Shown here: in pieces, positions 40,291 through 51,853 of the stretch
How positions within the stretch are numbered: the first letter of the stretch is position 1
Layout: the number at the start of each line of letters is the position of its first letter
Assembly: GCF_964355755.1 (NCBI RefSeq)
Contig: NC_092680.1
Location: 8,990,001 to 9,054,000 of the forward strand
DNA: 64,000 bases
Direction: 5' to 3'
Origin: Antedon mediterranea
Lineage: Eukaryota > Animalia > Echinodermata
Made by a program: the position numbers and the translations under genes
The notes under the pieces: generated by a model
Databases searched by the model: none
Seen by the model: only the letters and a program-made list of their open reading frames with translations
What the model was told of the DNA's origin: nothing

Positions 40291-40385
40291 TGACTTCTAT
40301 CTATCTATGACTTCTACTTCTATGCTCGACTGACTTCTACTTCTATGTTCGACTGACTTCTACTTCTATGTTCGACTGACTTCCG
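40291..40385 (+). repeat. Short tandem repeat (TGACTTCTACTTCTATGTTCGAC, about 23 bp)
   Basis: Direct reading, 3-4 copies. Confidence 0.8.
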
Positions 40386-40560
40386 AGACAGTTTGTTGTC
40401 GGTTGCTGAAATAGTTTGATTAATTTTCAATTGTTTTTACACAGTCTGAGCCCTATAATAAACTGACTGATAAAGAAGAAATCTTGCTACACAACACTGA
40501 ACTGGTTCCGGGAAAATAGAAGTTGGTAGAGTGCAACGATTGAGTTTGGTTGATACCAAA

Positions 40561-40746
40561 ATGAGAATAAATCCCAAGACAATTGTTACAAACAAGAAAA
40601 CGATACTTCTTGTCAAAAAAAGTTCTGAGAATTCTTCAATATGCCTAATTGATATATTTCTAGTGTTACTTAAAGTGTTAGCTTTCTTGCTTGTCTTTAG
40701 TTCTTGTGTAGCCGTTGCATATTTTATATTTAAATTCTTGTTTTAA
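40561..40746 (+). CDS. Putative 61-aa microprotein with C-terminal transmembrane helix (paralog B)
   Basis: Acceptor TTGTTTTTACACAG at 40444; first in-frame ATG (AAAATGA) at 40561; basic N-terminus then KVLAFLLVFSSCVAVAYFIFK. Confidence 0.5.
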   Translation: MRINPKTIVTNKKTILLVKKSSENSSICLIDIFLVLLKVLAFLLVFSSCVAVAYFIFKFLF

Positions 40747-42765
40747 AGAAATACCAGCAACATTATTTCCACAACTTGTGGATCATGACGAGTGACGCAA
40801 ACTATTGTTGGACCCAAGAAAGCATGTTTTTACACTATTGAAAAAGTATTAATTAAGTTTTAAATCGTGATAAAAACAAGTTTATGAAAATGTTCGAATT
40901 GCACATTTTTGTTTATACCTCTTATCAGGTTTTGTGTTTACAATTGATATTATCTGTATGGTAGCAGTTTATTACTGAGCAGGAAGTAATTCCCTGAACT
41001 GAGCAAAATGACTCCGATAACGTAGGCCTACAGGCCTACGGTCAATCAAGAATATGGAAAAAAACCGATCTTCATGTCGATAAGATAATAGCAGGGAAGA
41101 CTCTTACCTGATAGTAGGCCTATCATATATAAGCTTCATGGAAAATCTTTTATTATTAAAAATGTATTTGTAGTCGTGGCATTAATTAAATGTTTTTACT
41201 TTGTATGTATTTTTTTTATGATTTTCCAAAAAAAAAATTACATATAGGGCCTACACGTACATAATAAACAATAATACTGCAGTGTTAGTAGATAATAGGG
41301 CGGCAGACTAAACACATACGTAATTTGATATATATTTAAAATTCTTGTTCATTGCTGTTTTCATTTATGTCTATCATTGTTTATCGCTTTGTGGTACAGT
41401 ATAAATTTATAATTTGTTGAAATAGGCCTATATAGCCTCCATGATCTATAAGAAAATAAGTCCAAATAAAATATTGGTGTGTTTCGCAAACTCTCTGTTA
41501 TTTTTTTTCAATGTAGAAAAGTACTTTTAATTTAAAGAAATGTTTACTCATACAAGAAATTGGATTCAAATAAAATTATTGATGTTAGTACTGTATCAGT
41601 TATTTTTGTACAGTGTTTTTAGGATATTTTTAATTGACCTAATTTATTTTAATGATATTCATAATTTGATTTAATAATTTGATATACTGTAATAACAATA
41701 GGATTTAGGCTATATTATTTTGTATGTATTTTTTTTTTATTCTGAAAGTAATATAATGAATTTCCATTTTAAGTGGACCAAGCAATTTCTTGAATCTAGA
41801 CTCTTCAATAATATAAGTTTTTAATTTTAAAGATATAGGCCTATTGTCCCCCTGAAAAAAATATTTTATTGCTGAATATGTTACACATAGCCTAATAGTT
41901 ATTCACTTTGAAAAAATTGGATCGGCAAAAAAATTATTTACCTGAAAAAACTATAATTTACACCAACAAATAGTCAAATCGTCTGTTAAGCAATGAGTTT
42001 TTGGTTAAATTTAACTGTTTATTTTGTTTTTTATAAGTGAAATCATCTTTTCTATGGAATTGAGTAACTTCATTAAAACTCCAAAATGGTCTATTAAAAG
42101 TCTGAAATCTTTATTTGTCATGATTTTTGGGAGATAATATTTCTTAACGTAAAATTTCCATCAGCATACAATATAAATATGAATTTAATAATATTATTTT
42201 AAAAAGTATAAAAACATACACGTACACTGTGCACATGATTTCCGACTGTAGGCCTACATAATCAATTTAAATTCTAAAGTAATGGTATAGGTCTCCACAA
42301 GCTTTGCTAGGCTAGCTATAATCGGACATACCTTTACATTAGAAGATTGTTCAAATCATGTAAATAAAACTTTTTCCGAGCGGGAACCTAGCAGCTCCCC
42401 TCTTTTAGTTTGCAAAAGTAATCTCGAAAAGAACTCCATGTGTAAAAGAAGCCCACCCAAGATTGCTAAAAATAAAAGAGCACATGGGCTTCTTTTCGAG
42501 CTTTTATGGCAATCTATGAAAAAATGAATGGAAAAATGAATGCCATACAACTTTGTTTCTGATTTTTTTCAAAATGAAAGAGAAAAAATATTCATTAAAA
42601 AAAATATCCGTAGAGGTTCGAAACCAATCAATCTAGAGCTGAGAGCACTCACCCGTTACGCCACAAAGTACATGACGGAACAGCTGATAATAGTCTATTT
42701 ATACGTGTATTACGTAATTCATCATTGCGTCATAAATATCCTATTAACCTTGTTAAAACCAAAAT

Positions 42766-43585
42766 GACCAGTTAGCTCAGTCGCCTGAGCGTCGTGGTTA
42801 TCGATTCGTTGTTATCAAAAGGTGTTTTCATGTACAAATTTAAGAATAATTTATTACCAGCTAACTTTTCTAATTATTTTGTTAGAGTAAACTCAGTTCA
42901 TAATTATGGCATCAGGTCCTTTGATACTTATCGTCCTTATAATTTTGTTACCGATATGGGTAGAAACACTATCAGAGGACATGGTCCAATTTTATGGAAC
43001 AGTATTCATGTTTCTATTCGTAATTCATCATCTGTCAAAGTATTTAAAAAGTTGTATAAACATAATTTGCTCTTAACTTATCAATGAGTGTTACAAATAT
43101 GTTTTACATTGTTCTTTTGCTTTGTTTGGTTTTATTGCACTATTTGTTTGGTTTTATTGCACTATCTTTGAGTTCATATGCCAACATGTTTAGCTAGTAT
43201 TGTCTCGTCCTGTGCTTCAATTATGTTTGTATCATGTATTAATTATTTTGTTAAGGTGGCCAAATACTGTACGAGCTTTGCTCTTTTATGGTCATCCTTC
43301 CATTTTTGCATATATTCATTACACTTGTTTATATTGGAAAATAAAAACTGAAACTGAAAACAATTACACGTATGTCGTGGGTTCGATTTCCACGCTGGTC
43401 GGTGGAATAGAGTTAAAGCTATGTGAGCAACTGTGTTTGGGGTTCACAGAATTATACGTCCCCCTTTCCACCACACATCATGAGGCGACAACATCAATGC
43501 ATCTGGTGATGTGCTAGAAACGACCCCAAAAGGCATGTGGCGGGGCCTTAGTGCTGAGCCAGGGAGAGCACATTTAAAGTTTGAC
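42766..43585 (+). mobile_element. tRNA-derived SINE split by a LINE 3' fragment
   Basis: GACCAGTTAGCTCAGTCG..GAGCGTCGTG (42766-42796) and CACGTATGTCGTGGGTTCGATTTCCACGCTGGTC (43367-43400) form one cloverleaf when joined; SINE body continues to about 43585. Confidence 0.65.
42797..43360 (+). mobile_element. CR1/L2-clade LINE 3' fragment
   Basis: FMYKFKNNLLP.NFSNYF....SVHNY...GPILWNSI...SS.KVFKK C-terminus typical of CR1/L2/Crack ORF2; AATAAA and (AACTGA)n tail. Confidence 0.75.
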
Positions 43586-43730
43586 TTGTTAATCAATGTT
43601 GCTACAATGGTAGCGAAATGTCCGATTCATGCAAGATAAAATAAATATATCAACAAAATTAATAAGTATTGTTTTTCTTTTATTTTGAAGAGAATTGTTA
43701 AGTCTTGTCACACTATAAACTTTATGTGAA

Positions 43731-43880
43731 ACAAGGCCAACAGCCATTAAGTCGCGTGCTACAATGCATAGTGATACCGGACCGACAGACAGACCGACAG
43801 ACCGACAGACCGACAAACCGACAGAGAGACAGACCGACCGACATAGTGAACTATAGAGTCGCGTCCACGCGACTAAAAAT
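43731..43880 (+). mobile_element. Helentron-associated (HINE/DINE-like) non-autonomous element
   Basis: (GACC/GACA)n microsatellite and 3' hairpin AGTCGCGTCCACGCGACT followed by A-run; second copy at 48601-48716. Confidence 0.6.
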
Positions 43881-44640
43881 GTGATGTGCCCATAATGGAC
43901 ATGATGATGTCATACCACTATCGTATTTGGGAATTTTACTACCACATATTTGGGCAAACTAGTTTGATAGTTAATACTACTAGTTTTTGAAAAATAGAGC
44001 TACTAAATTAAATTAAAATACACTGGAAATGTCAGGCCTAGGCCTAAACAAGTGAAGCTTTTTGCCTTTTGGGAACGAGTGCGTTTGCACCCCCGCACCA
44101 GGAACTCCCTTTTCGGACACCGCTGCATTTATCACGCTTCCGTTCTTTGTGTTGATTGGCTAAATGCGGATGTCCACGACACGTGCTCTGATTGTTGCTT
44201 GTTGAGACTTACAATTGCCTGACTACTAAACTATCAAAGAATATCACATCGCAAGAATGCGACCCCAAATGAGTAATCCGCGGTTTTCCCTGTAACACTA
44301 ATATTGTCCATGCGATAGGGCGCCGCCATTAGTCAGGATGTATACAACTTTTTGTGACGGTCACACAAATCTAAGCCGTGACGCATTCTTTTTTTCCCTA
44401 TGCAATTAAGGCAGAAATCATGAATAATTCATTACCTTCATTATTTTCTATTATAAAGAATTGCAAGATAGCTGATCTACTTCCTAAATATACTAAACCT
44501 AACCAAACTGCTTTAACTGCCTTCTCAGAAAGCTGAACTCTTTCGTGAATAATGATGTACTTTTTATGTTTCACCAGAGTGTTATTCTTAGTAACTTTCA
44601 ACTGTAGTGTGTTAAATATGAGTGATATGATAAAAGAAAC

Positions 44641-45060
44641 TTGACGTACCGTACTATGAAAACTGCTATTAAAACAATAGGAAGGAATGTCAATGTTATC
44701 GACGCAGTTTACAGGCATGATGTTATTAGCCAAGTTAAGAAAATAATGGAAGATAACTCACACCCATTGAATGATAAATATGTTGTTAATAAATCAGGTA
44801 GAATTCGTCCTTTAATGTGCAATACCACTCGATGTAGGAAATCATTTGTCCACAACTCTATTCATGTTTCCAACTCAACATTTCAAATATAGTTGTTTTT
44901 TATTCCTTATCTGTAAATATAACTTGTTTACTATATAGTTTTAATGTAGTGTATGATATTTTTAATGTTTTATATAATTGTATGTGTTTTTAAGCATCAA
45001 GGAAAACCAATTTCATGCTTGTTGTGTTCATGACAATAAAGATTTATCTTATCTTATCTT
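44641..45060 (+). mobile_element. L2-type LINE 3' fragment
   Basis: KIMEDNSHPLN...SGR.R...NTTR.RKSFV..SI C-terminus; AATAAA followed by (TCTTA)n tail. Confidence 0.7.
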
Positions 45061-45180
45061 AATGTCTTGACATGTTTCGAGAAACTATTCTCATCATCAG
45101 AACAGAAAAAGACATAGCTACGTACTTACGGTTTTCTGTTCTGATGATGAGAATAGTTTCTCAAAACATGTCAAGACATT
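45061..45180. mobile_element. Inverted pair of Penelope-like element ends with minimal hammerhead motif
   Basis: About 50-bp near-perfect inverted arms; minus strand of left arm reads CTGATGA-T-GAGAA-tagt-TTCTC-GAAA-CATGTC. Confidence 0.55.
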
Positions 45181-45775
45181 TTAAGGCAGTTTGCTTATTT
45201 ATCAAATGCCTCAAAATCGTGATTTTAACTCGAAAGTTTGGAGGAATCATGAATTATAATTCTATTTAATTATTATATCTATTAAATCAAGTATTCTTTA
45301 GTCTGTATACATTCCGCCCTTATGAGGGCGGGCATCACTCTCTGTTACTAATGCAAAAAATCGCGGATTCATTCTTGATCTTTTTTTGCTGCTATCACTC
45401 CTGAGCTATATTTCCTATACCATCCTGGCTAGTTGAGAATTCTCAACTATTTTATGTTTTTTTCTACCTTTCTGGAAAATGATATAATCCAAATTGTATT
45501 AATACTACCAGTAATAAATATTTAGAAACACTTGCATACCTTCACTAATTTTAGTTGTTTGTAGTTTAAGACAATCTTAGTGATATTTAAATGAAAACAA
45601 TACGATAAAAACTATTGTGTCTGTATTTTACAAGACTATGACTTCCGTATAACGTGCATTGTGGGTACTTCAATTTTTATAGAAAAGCTAGGGAATCCTA
45701 ATTTAGTAGGCAGCATATGGGGGCGGGGCAACCAAACTTGCTTATCAAACCAAAGCACAGTAAAGCAAAGGATAA

Positions 45776-48510
45776 AATTAATGTACGATCCAGTTTACCA
45801 CTGTTCTCGACTATAGTCATTTTGGTATACTTGAGCACAGTGATAAAGAATAGGATAAACTTAACAATATACAACAAATAGCATTAATGTACGATCCAGT
45901 TTAACACTGTTCAACTAGCCTATAGTCATTTTGGATACTTGAGAACAGTGATAAAGAATAGGATAAACTTAACATTATACAACAAATAACATTAATGTAT
46001 GATCCCGTTTAACACTGTTCTCAACTATAGTCATTTTGGTATACTTGAGCACAGTGATTAAGAATAGGATAAACTTAACAATATACAACAAATAACATTA
46101 ATGTACGATGTAGTTTAACACTGTTCTCAACTATAGTCATTTTGGTATACTTGAGCACAGTGATAAAGAATAGGATAAACTTAACAATATACAACATATA
46201 ACATTAATGTACGATCCCGTTTAACACTGTTCTCAACTATAGTCATTTTGGTATACTTGAGCACAGTGATAAAGAATAGGATAAACTTAATAATATACAA
46301 CAAATAGCATTAATGTACGATCCAGTTTAACACTGTTCTCAACTATAGTCATTTTGGTATAGGCCTACTTGAGCACAGTGATAAAGAATAGGATAAACTT
46401 AATAATATACAACAAATAACATTAATGTACGATCCAGTTTAACACTGTTCTCAACTATAGTCATTTTGGTATACTTAAGCACAGTGATAAAGAATAGGAT
46501 AAACTTAATAATATACAACAAATAGCATTAAGGTATGATCCCGTTTAACACTGTTCTCGACTATAGTCATTTTGGTATACTTGAGCACAGTGATAAATAA
46601 TAGGATAAACTTAATAATATACAACAAATAGCATTAATGTACGATCCCGTTTAACACTGTTCTCGACTATAGTCATTTTGGTATACTTGAGCACAGTGAT
46701 AAAGAATAGGATAAACTTAATAATATACAACAAATAACATTAATGTACGATCCAGTTTAACACTGTTCTCAACTATAGTCATTTTGCTATAGTTAAGCAC
46801 AGTGATAAAGAATAGGATAAACTTAATAATATACAACAAATAACATTAATGTATGATCCCGTTTAACACTGTTCTCGACTATAGTCATTTTGGTATACTT
46901 GAGCACAGTGATAAAGAATAGGATAAACTTAACAATATACAACAAATAACATTAATGTATGATCCTGTTTAACACTGTTCTCGACTATAGTCATTTTGGT
47001 ATACTTGAGCACAGTGATAAAGAATAGGATAAACTTAATAATATACAACAAATAGCATTAATGTATGATCCCGTTTAACACTGTTCTCAACTATAGTCAT
47101 TTTGGTATACTTGAGCACAGTGATAAAGAATAGGATAAACTAAACAATATACAACAAATAACATTAATGTACGATCCCGTTTAACACTGTTCTCAACTAT
47201 AGTCATTTTGGTATACTTGAGCACAGTGATAAAGAATAGGATAAACTTAATAATATACAACAAATAACATTAATGTACTATCCAGTTTACCACTGTTCTC
47301 AACTATAGTCATTTTGGTATACTTGAGCACAGTGATAAAGAATAGGATAAACATAAAAATATACAACAAAAAACATTAATGTACGATCCAGTTTAACACT
47401 GTTCTCAACTATAGTCATTTTGGTATACTTGAGCACAGTGATAAAGAATAGGATAAACTTAAAAATATACAACAAAAAACATTAATGTACGATCCAGTTT
47501 AACACTGTTCTCAACTATAGTCATTTTGCTATAGTTAAGCACAGTGATAAAGAATAGGATAAACTTAATAATATACAACAAATAACATTAATGTATGATC
47601 CCGTTTAACACTGTTCTCGACTATAGTCATTTTGGTATACTTGAGCACAGTGATAAAGAATAGGATAAACTTAACAATATACAACAAATAACATTAATGT
47701 ATGATCCTGTTTAACACTGTTCTCGACTATAGTCATTTTGGTATACTTGAGCACAGTGATAAAGAATAGGATAAACTTAATAATATACAACAAAAAACAT
47801 TAATGTACGATCCCGTTTAACACTGTTCTCAACTATAGTCATTTTGGTATACTTAAGCACAGTGATAAAGAATAGGATAAACTTAATAATATACAACAAA
47901 TAGCATTAATGTACGATCCAGTTTAACACCGTTCTCGACTATAGTCATTTTGGTATACTTGAGCACAGTGATAAAGAATAGGATAAACTTAACAATATAC
48001 AACAAAAAACATTAATGTACGATCCCGTTTAACACTGTTCTCAACTATAGTCATTTTGGTATACTTAAGCACAGTGATAAAGAATAGGATAAACTTAATA
48101 ATATACAACAAAAAGCATTAATGTACGATCCAGTTTAACACTGTTCTCAACTATAGTCATTTTGGTATACTTGAGAACAGTGATAAAGAATAGGATAAAC
48201 TTAACAATATACAACAAAAAACATTAATGTACGATCCAGTTTAACACTGTTCTCAACTATAGTCATTTTGCTATACTTGAGCACAGTGATAAAGAATAGG
48301 ATAAACTTAACAATATACAACAAATAACATTAATGTACGATCCAGTTTAACACTGTTCTCAACTATAGTAATTTTGGTATATTTGAGCACAGTGATAAAG
48401 AATAGGATAAACTTCGAATAAACAGCAAATAACATTAATGTAAGATGCCGTTTAATACTGTTTTAAACTATAGTCATTTGAGTATAATTAATCACAGATA
48501 AAGAATAAGA
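45776..48510 (+). repeat. 106-bp satellite, about 26 copies
   Basis: Unit CATTAATGTACGATCCAGTTTAACACTGTTCTCAACTATAGTCATTTTGGTATACTTGAGCACAGTGATAAAGAATAGGATAAACTTAATAATATACAACAAATAA. Confidence 0.95.
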
Positions 48511-48600
48511 TCAACTTTAATACTATTTATTAAATAAAAAAAACTAATTCTATATTAACACATATTATTTACATATACTTTCACTGCTGATTTCTAGTAT

Positions 48601-48716
48601 AAACAGGCCATAGGCCTATACATGGCTGCAGTCGCGTGCTCAAATTTGAGTTGGTGTTTACCGACCGACCGATCGACATAGTGAGCTGTAGAGTCGCGTT
48701 TGCACGCAACTAAAAA
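48601..48716 (+). mobile_element. HINE/DINE-like element copy
   Basis: AGTCGCGTGCT, CCGACCGACCGA, ACATAGTGA, AGAGTCGCGTTTGCACGCAACTAAAAA shared with 43731 copy. Confidence 0.55.
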
Positions 48717-48934
48717 GTTCACAAAAACCGTAGGACGGGCACAGGGAAGTTTGTTCGAAACTCCAACCCCTCCCCTGGCTATTCATCTACAAATAAAGTG
48801 TCTATTACCGTACTTTTAAAAATCTATTTATATCAATACCTATCAACGTATGTACGTGTGCATATTATATATACAAAAATATATACATCAACATAAATGT
48901 CATATCATCTACAGTCATTGGTGTTATTTCACTT

Positions 48935-49100
48935 TTAATATTAGTAAATCCAAAGGCAAAATACTGAAATAATAACAATGCTGTGGTCTCAATGGAGATA
49001 CAAAAAAAGAAGCGAAAAGCTAAATCCAAACGATAAAGTAAAACAGCCAGAAAAGTTAGCAGAGTTTTCGGGCAACACTAGCCCTTCATCAGTGCAAGTG
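48935..49100 (-). mobile_element. Penelope-like LTR remnant with minimal hammerhead motif
   Basis: Minus strand GCA-CTGATGA-A-GGGC-tagtgtt-GCCC-GAAA-AC-TC-TGC at 49096-49059 followed by T-rich tail. Confidence 0.55.
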
Positions 49101-49118
49101 AGGGTACTTGTACAAGAT

Positions 49119-50025
49119 AGTGTTATTTAACGTTTAGTCGATTTATATCAATACACTCATCAACATATGTACGTGCAATTCACGTCTACAATCAATAGTG
49201 TTAATTCCTCTTTTAAAAGTCGATTTATATCAATATACTCATCAACATATGTACGTGTCCACGTCATATTCATCTATAAATATTAGTGTTATTTCACTTT
49301 TAAAAGTCGATTTATCAATATACTCATCAATAAATGTACTTGTCCACGTCATATTCATTTACAAATCAGTGTTATTTCACTTTTCGAAGTCAATTATATC
49401 AATATAGGCCTACTCATCAACATATGTACGTGCAATTCACGTCATATTCATATATGATCAATAGTGTACAACTAATAGTGTTATTTCACTTTTAAAAGTC
49501 GATTTATATCAATATACTCATCAATAAATGTACTTGTCCACGTCATATTCATCTGCAATCAATAGTGTTATTTCACTTTTAAAAGTCGATTTATATCAAT
49601 ATACTCATCAACATTATGTACCGTACGTGTCCACGTCATATTCATCCTCAAATATTAGTGTTATTTCACTTTTAAAAGTCGATTTATATCAATATACTCA
49701 TCAACATATGTAAATCGTGTCCAAGTCATATTCATCTACAAATATTAGTGTTAATTTGACTTTTAAAAGTCGATTTATATCAATATACTAATCAATATAT
49801 GTACGTGTCCACGTCATATTCATCTACAAATATTAGTGTTATTTCACTTTTCAAAGTCGATTTATATAAATATACTACTCATCAACATAATGTACGTGCA
49901 ATTCACGTCATATTTATCTACAATCATTTGTGTTAATTCCACTTTTAAAAGTCAATTTATATCAATTACTTATGAACATATGTACGTGTCCGCGTCATTC
50001 ATCTACAAATATTATAGTGTTATTA
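49119..50025 (+). repeat. About 85-95-bp degenerate tandem repeat, about 10 copies
   Basis: Recurrent AGTGTTATTTCACTTTTAAAAGTCGATTTATATCAATATACTCATCAACATATGTACGTGTCCACGTCATATTCATCTAC; a further copy at about 48780-48940. Confidence 0.9.
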
Positions 50026-50037
50026 TGTTTTTCATAT

Positions 50038-50571
50038 TATCACTGTGCTCAAGTATATGAAAATGACTATAGTTGAGAACAGTGTTAAACAGAATCGTGT
50101 ACATTAATGTTATTTGTTGTATATTGTGCTCAAGTATACCAAAATGACTATAGTTGAGAACAGTGGTAAACGGGATCGTACATTAATGTTTTTTGTTGTA
50201 TATTGTTAAGTTTATCCTATTCTTTATCACTGTGCTCAAGTATACCAAAATGACTATAGTTAAGAACAGTGGTAAACTGGATCGTACATTAATGTTATTT
50301 GTTGTATATTATTAAGTTTATCCTATTCTTTATCACTGTGCTCAAGTATACCAAAATGACTATAGTTGAGAACAGTGTTAAACGGGATCGTACATTAATG
50401 TTTTTTGTTGTATATTGTTAAGTTTATCCTATTCTTTATCACTGTGATCAAGTATACCAAAATGACTATAGTCGAGAACAGTGTTAAACGGGATCGTACA
50501 TTAATGTACGTTTTTTGTTGTATATTGTTAAGTTTATCCTATTCTTTATCACTGTTCTCAAGTATACCAAA
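50038..50571 (-). repeat. 106-bp satellite in inverted orientation, about 5 copies
   Basis: Reverse complement of the 45776-48510 unit (ATCACTGTGCTCAAGTATACCAAAATGACTATAGTTGAGAACAG...). Confidence 0.95.
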
Positions 50572-51853
50572 CCATACCTAGCCAATTTGGTATATTTTAT
50601 ATACCTGCACTCCTACCATCCATACCAGTACTCTAGCTAGAGGCACGGTCCTACTAAACACCACCAGATACCACCAGCCAGGCCTATACTATAGTTATGT
50701 AAGATTAGAAAGCAAATACTTGTTATTGACAGATACTTTTTAGGCCTAGTAGTAGGCCTATCATCAGTCTTATTAATTAGGCATAAACTAGTTATTTTGT
50801 ACTGTAGAATAGTGGGCCTAGCTAGGCCTAGGCTACCCTAATAGCTAGAGTGTAGGCTACTACTAGGCCTAGGCCTAGGCCTACCTAGTCCTACCTAGCC
50901 TAGGGTTTAATTAGGCTAGGCCAAGCGTTTTAGCCTTGCTAGGTCTAGGCCTAGGATTGTTTGGTCGTTTGTTGACATAATTAACACTACAGTTATAAAA
51001 TCCTCGCGCCTCGTTGAAATATAACCTTTCATCATTCACCTCATGCCATTATATGTACCATTTACACATTACACTTAAACATTCATTATTTTGTATACCA
51101 ACAACATAAAATAAATTATGGAGAAGTAAAATATAAATAATAACTTAAAATGGTGGTCAATATTGAGACTTCAATTTAGGATGTCAAATGGAATAATTTC
51201 TGGGAGTAAGTTCCTAATGTTTAAGTCTAAAAGGTTTTGTCAGTATTACTATCAGTTATATCTACAGTATAGGGCAATTAAAAAGAGAAGATGGATTACA
51301 ATTTACATTTAAAGCATACAATACAAAGTACCAACTTCAACATCAAATATAAATATAGAATCATTAAGAATTATAAAATGTTTAAAGATGTATTGTCCCT
51401 TTGTCAAATTCCAAAAAAATAAAAATAAAAAGATTTCGAAAAAAAGTGGGTCATTTTGAAGTATCACAATAGTTATTAACTTTGACCAAAAAATAGTCGG
51501 AAAAAAAAATCATTTTCAAATCACGTTTTTTGGTTCAAAAAATAACTTTGACTTCCAGTCAAAGTTTTAGATCAAAACATATCTCATAATGCAATGCGCA
51601 TATTTGGCTGCTCTGTATGCATAATCATAAAACTTCCTAGAGATCGGTGTGAAAACACCTTCTCAACCGTGACAAGTTGTAAACAATCCTGATTAGCATC
51701 ATGCATGTATACTCATGGTTTGAAATCTTTGTTTACTTTGTTTTCCAGACGAAATGTAATCAAATTAATTTAGCTATTAATTACGTAAAATTGTTGTTTT
51801 TGTCTTGAATTTTCGACTTAAAGTGAATAACTTTAATATTACAAGTGATTTAA

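Noticed and set aside
45776-48510. Regular 106-bp array as a CRISPR-like locus
   Set aside because: Units are repeated end to end with no unique spacers, no cas genes, eukaryotic context
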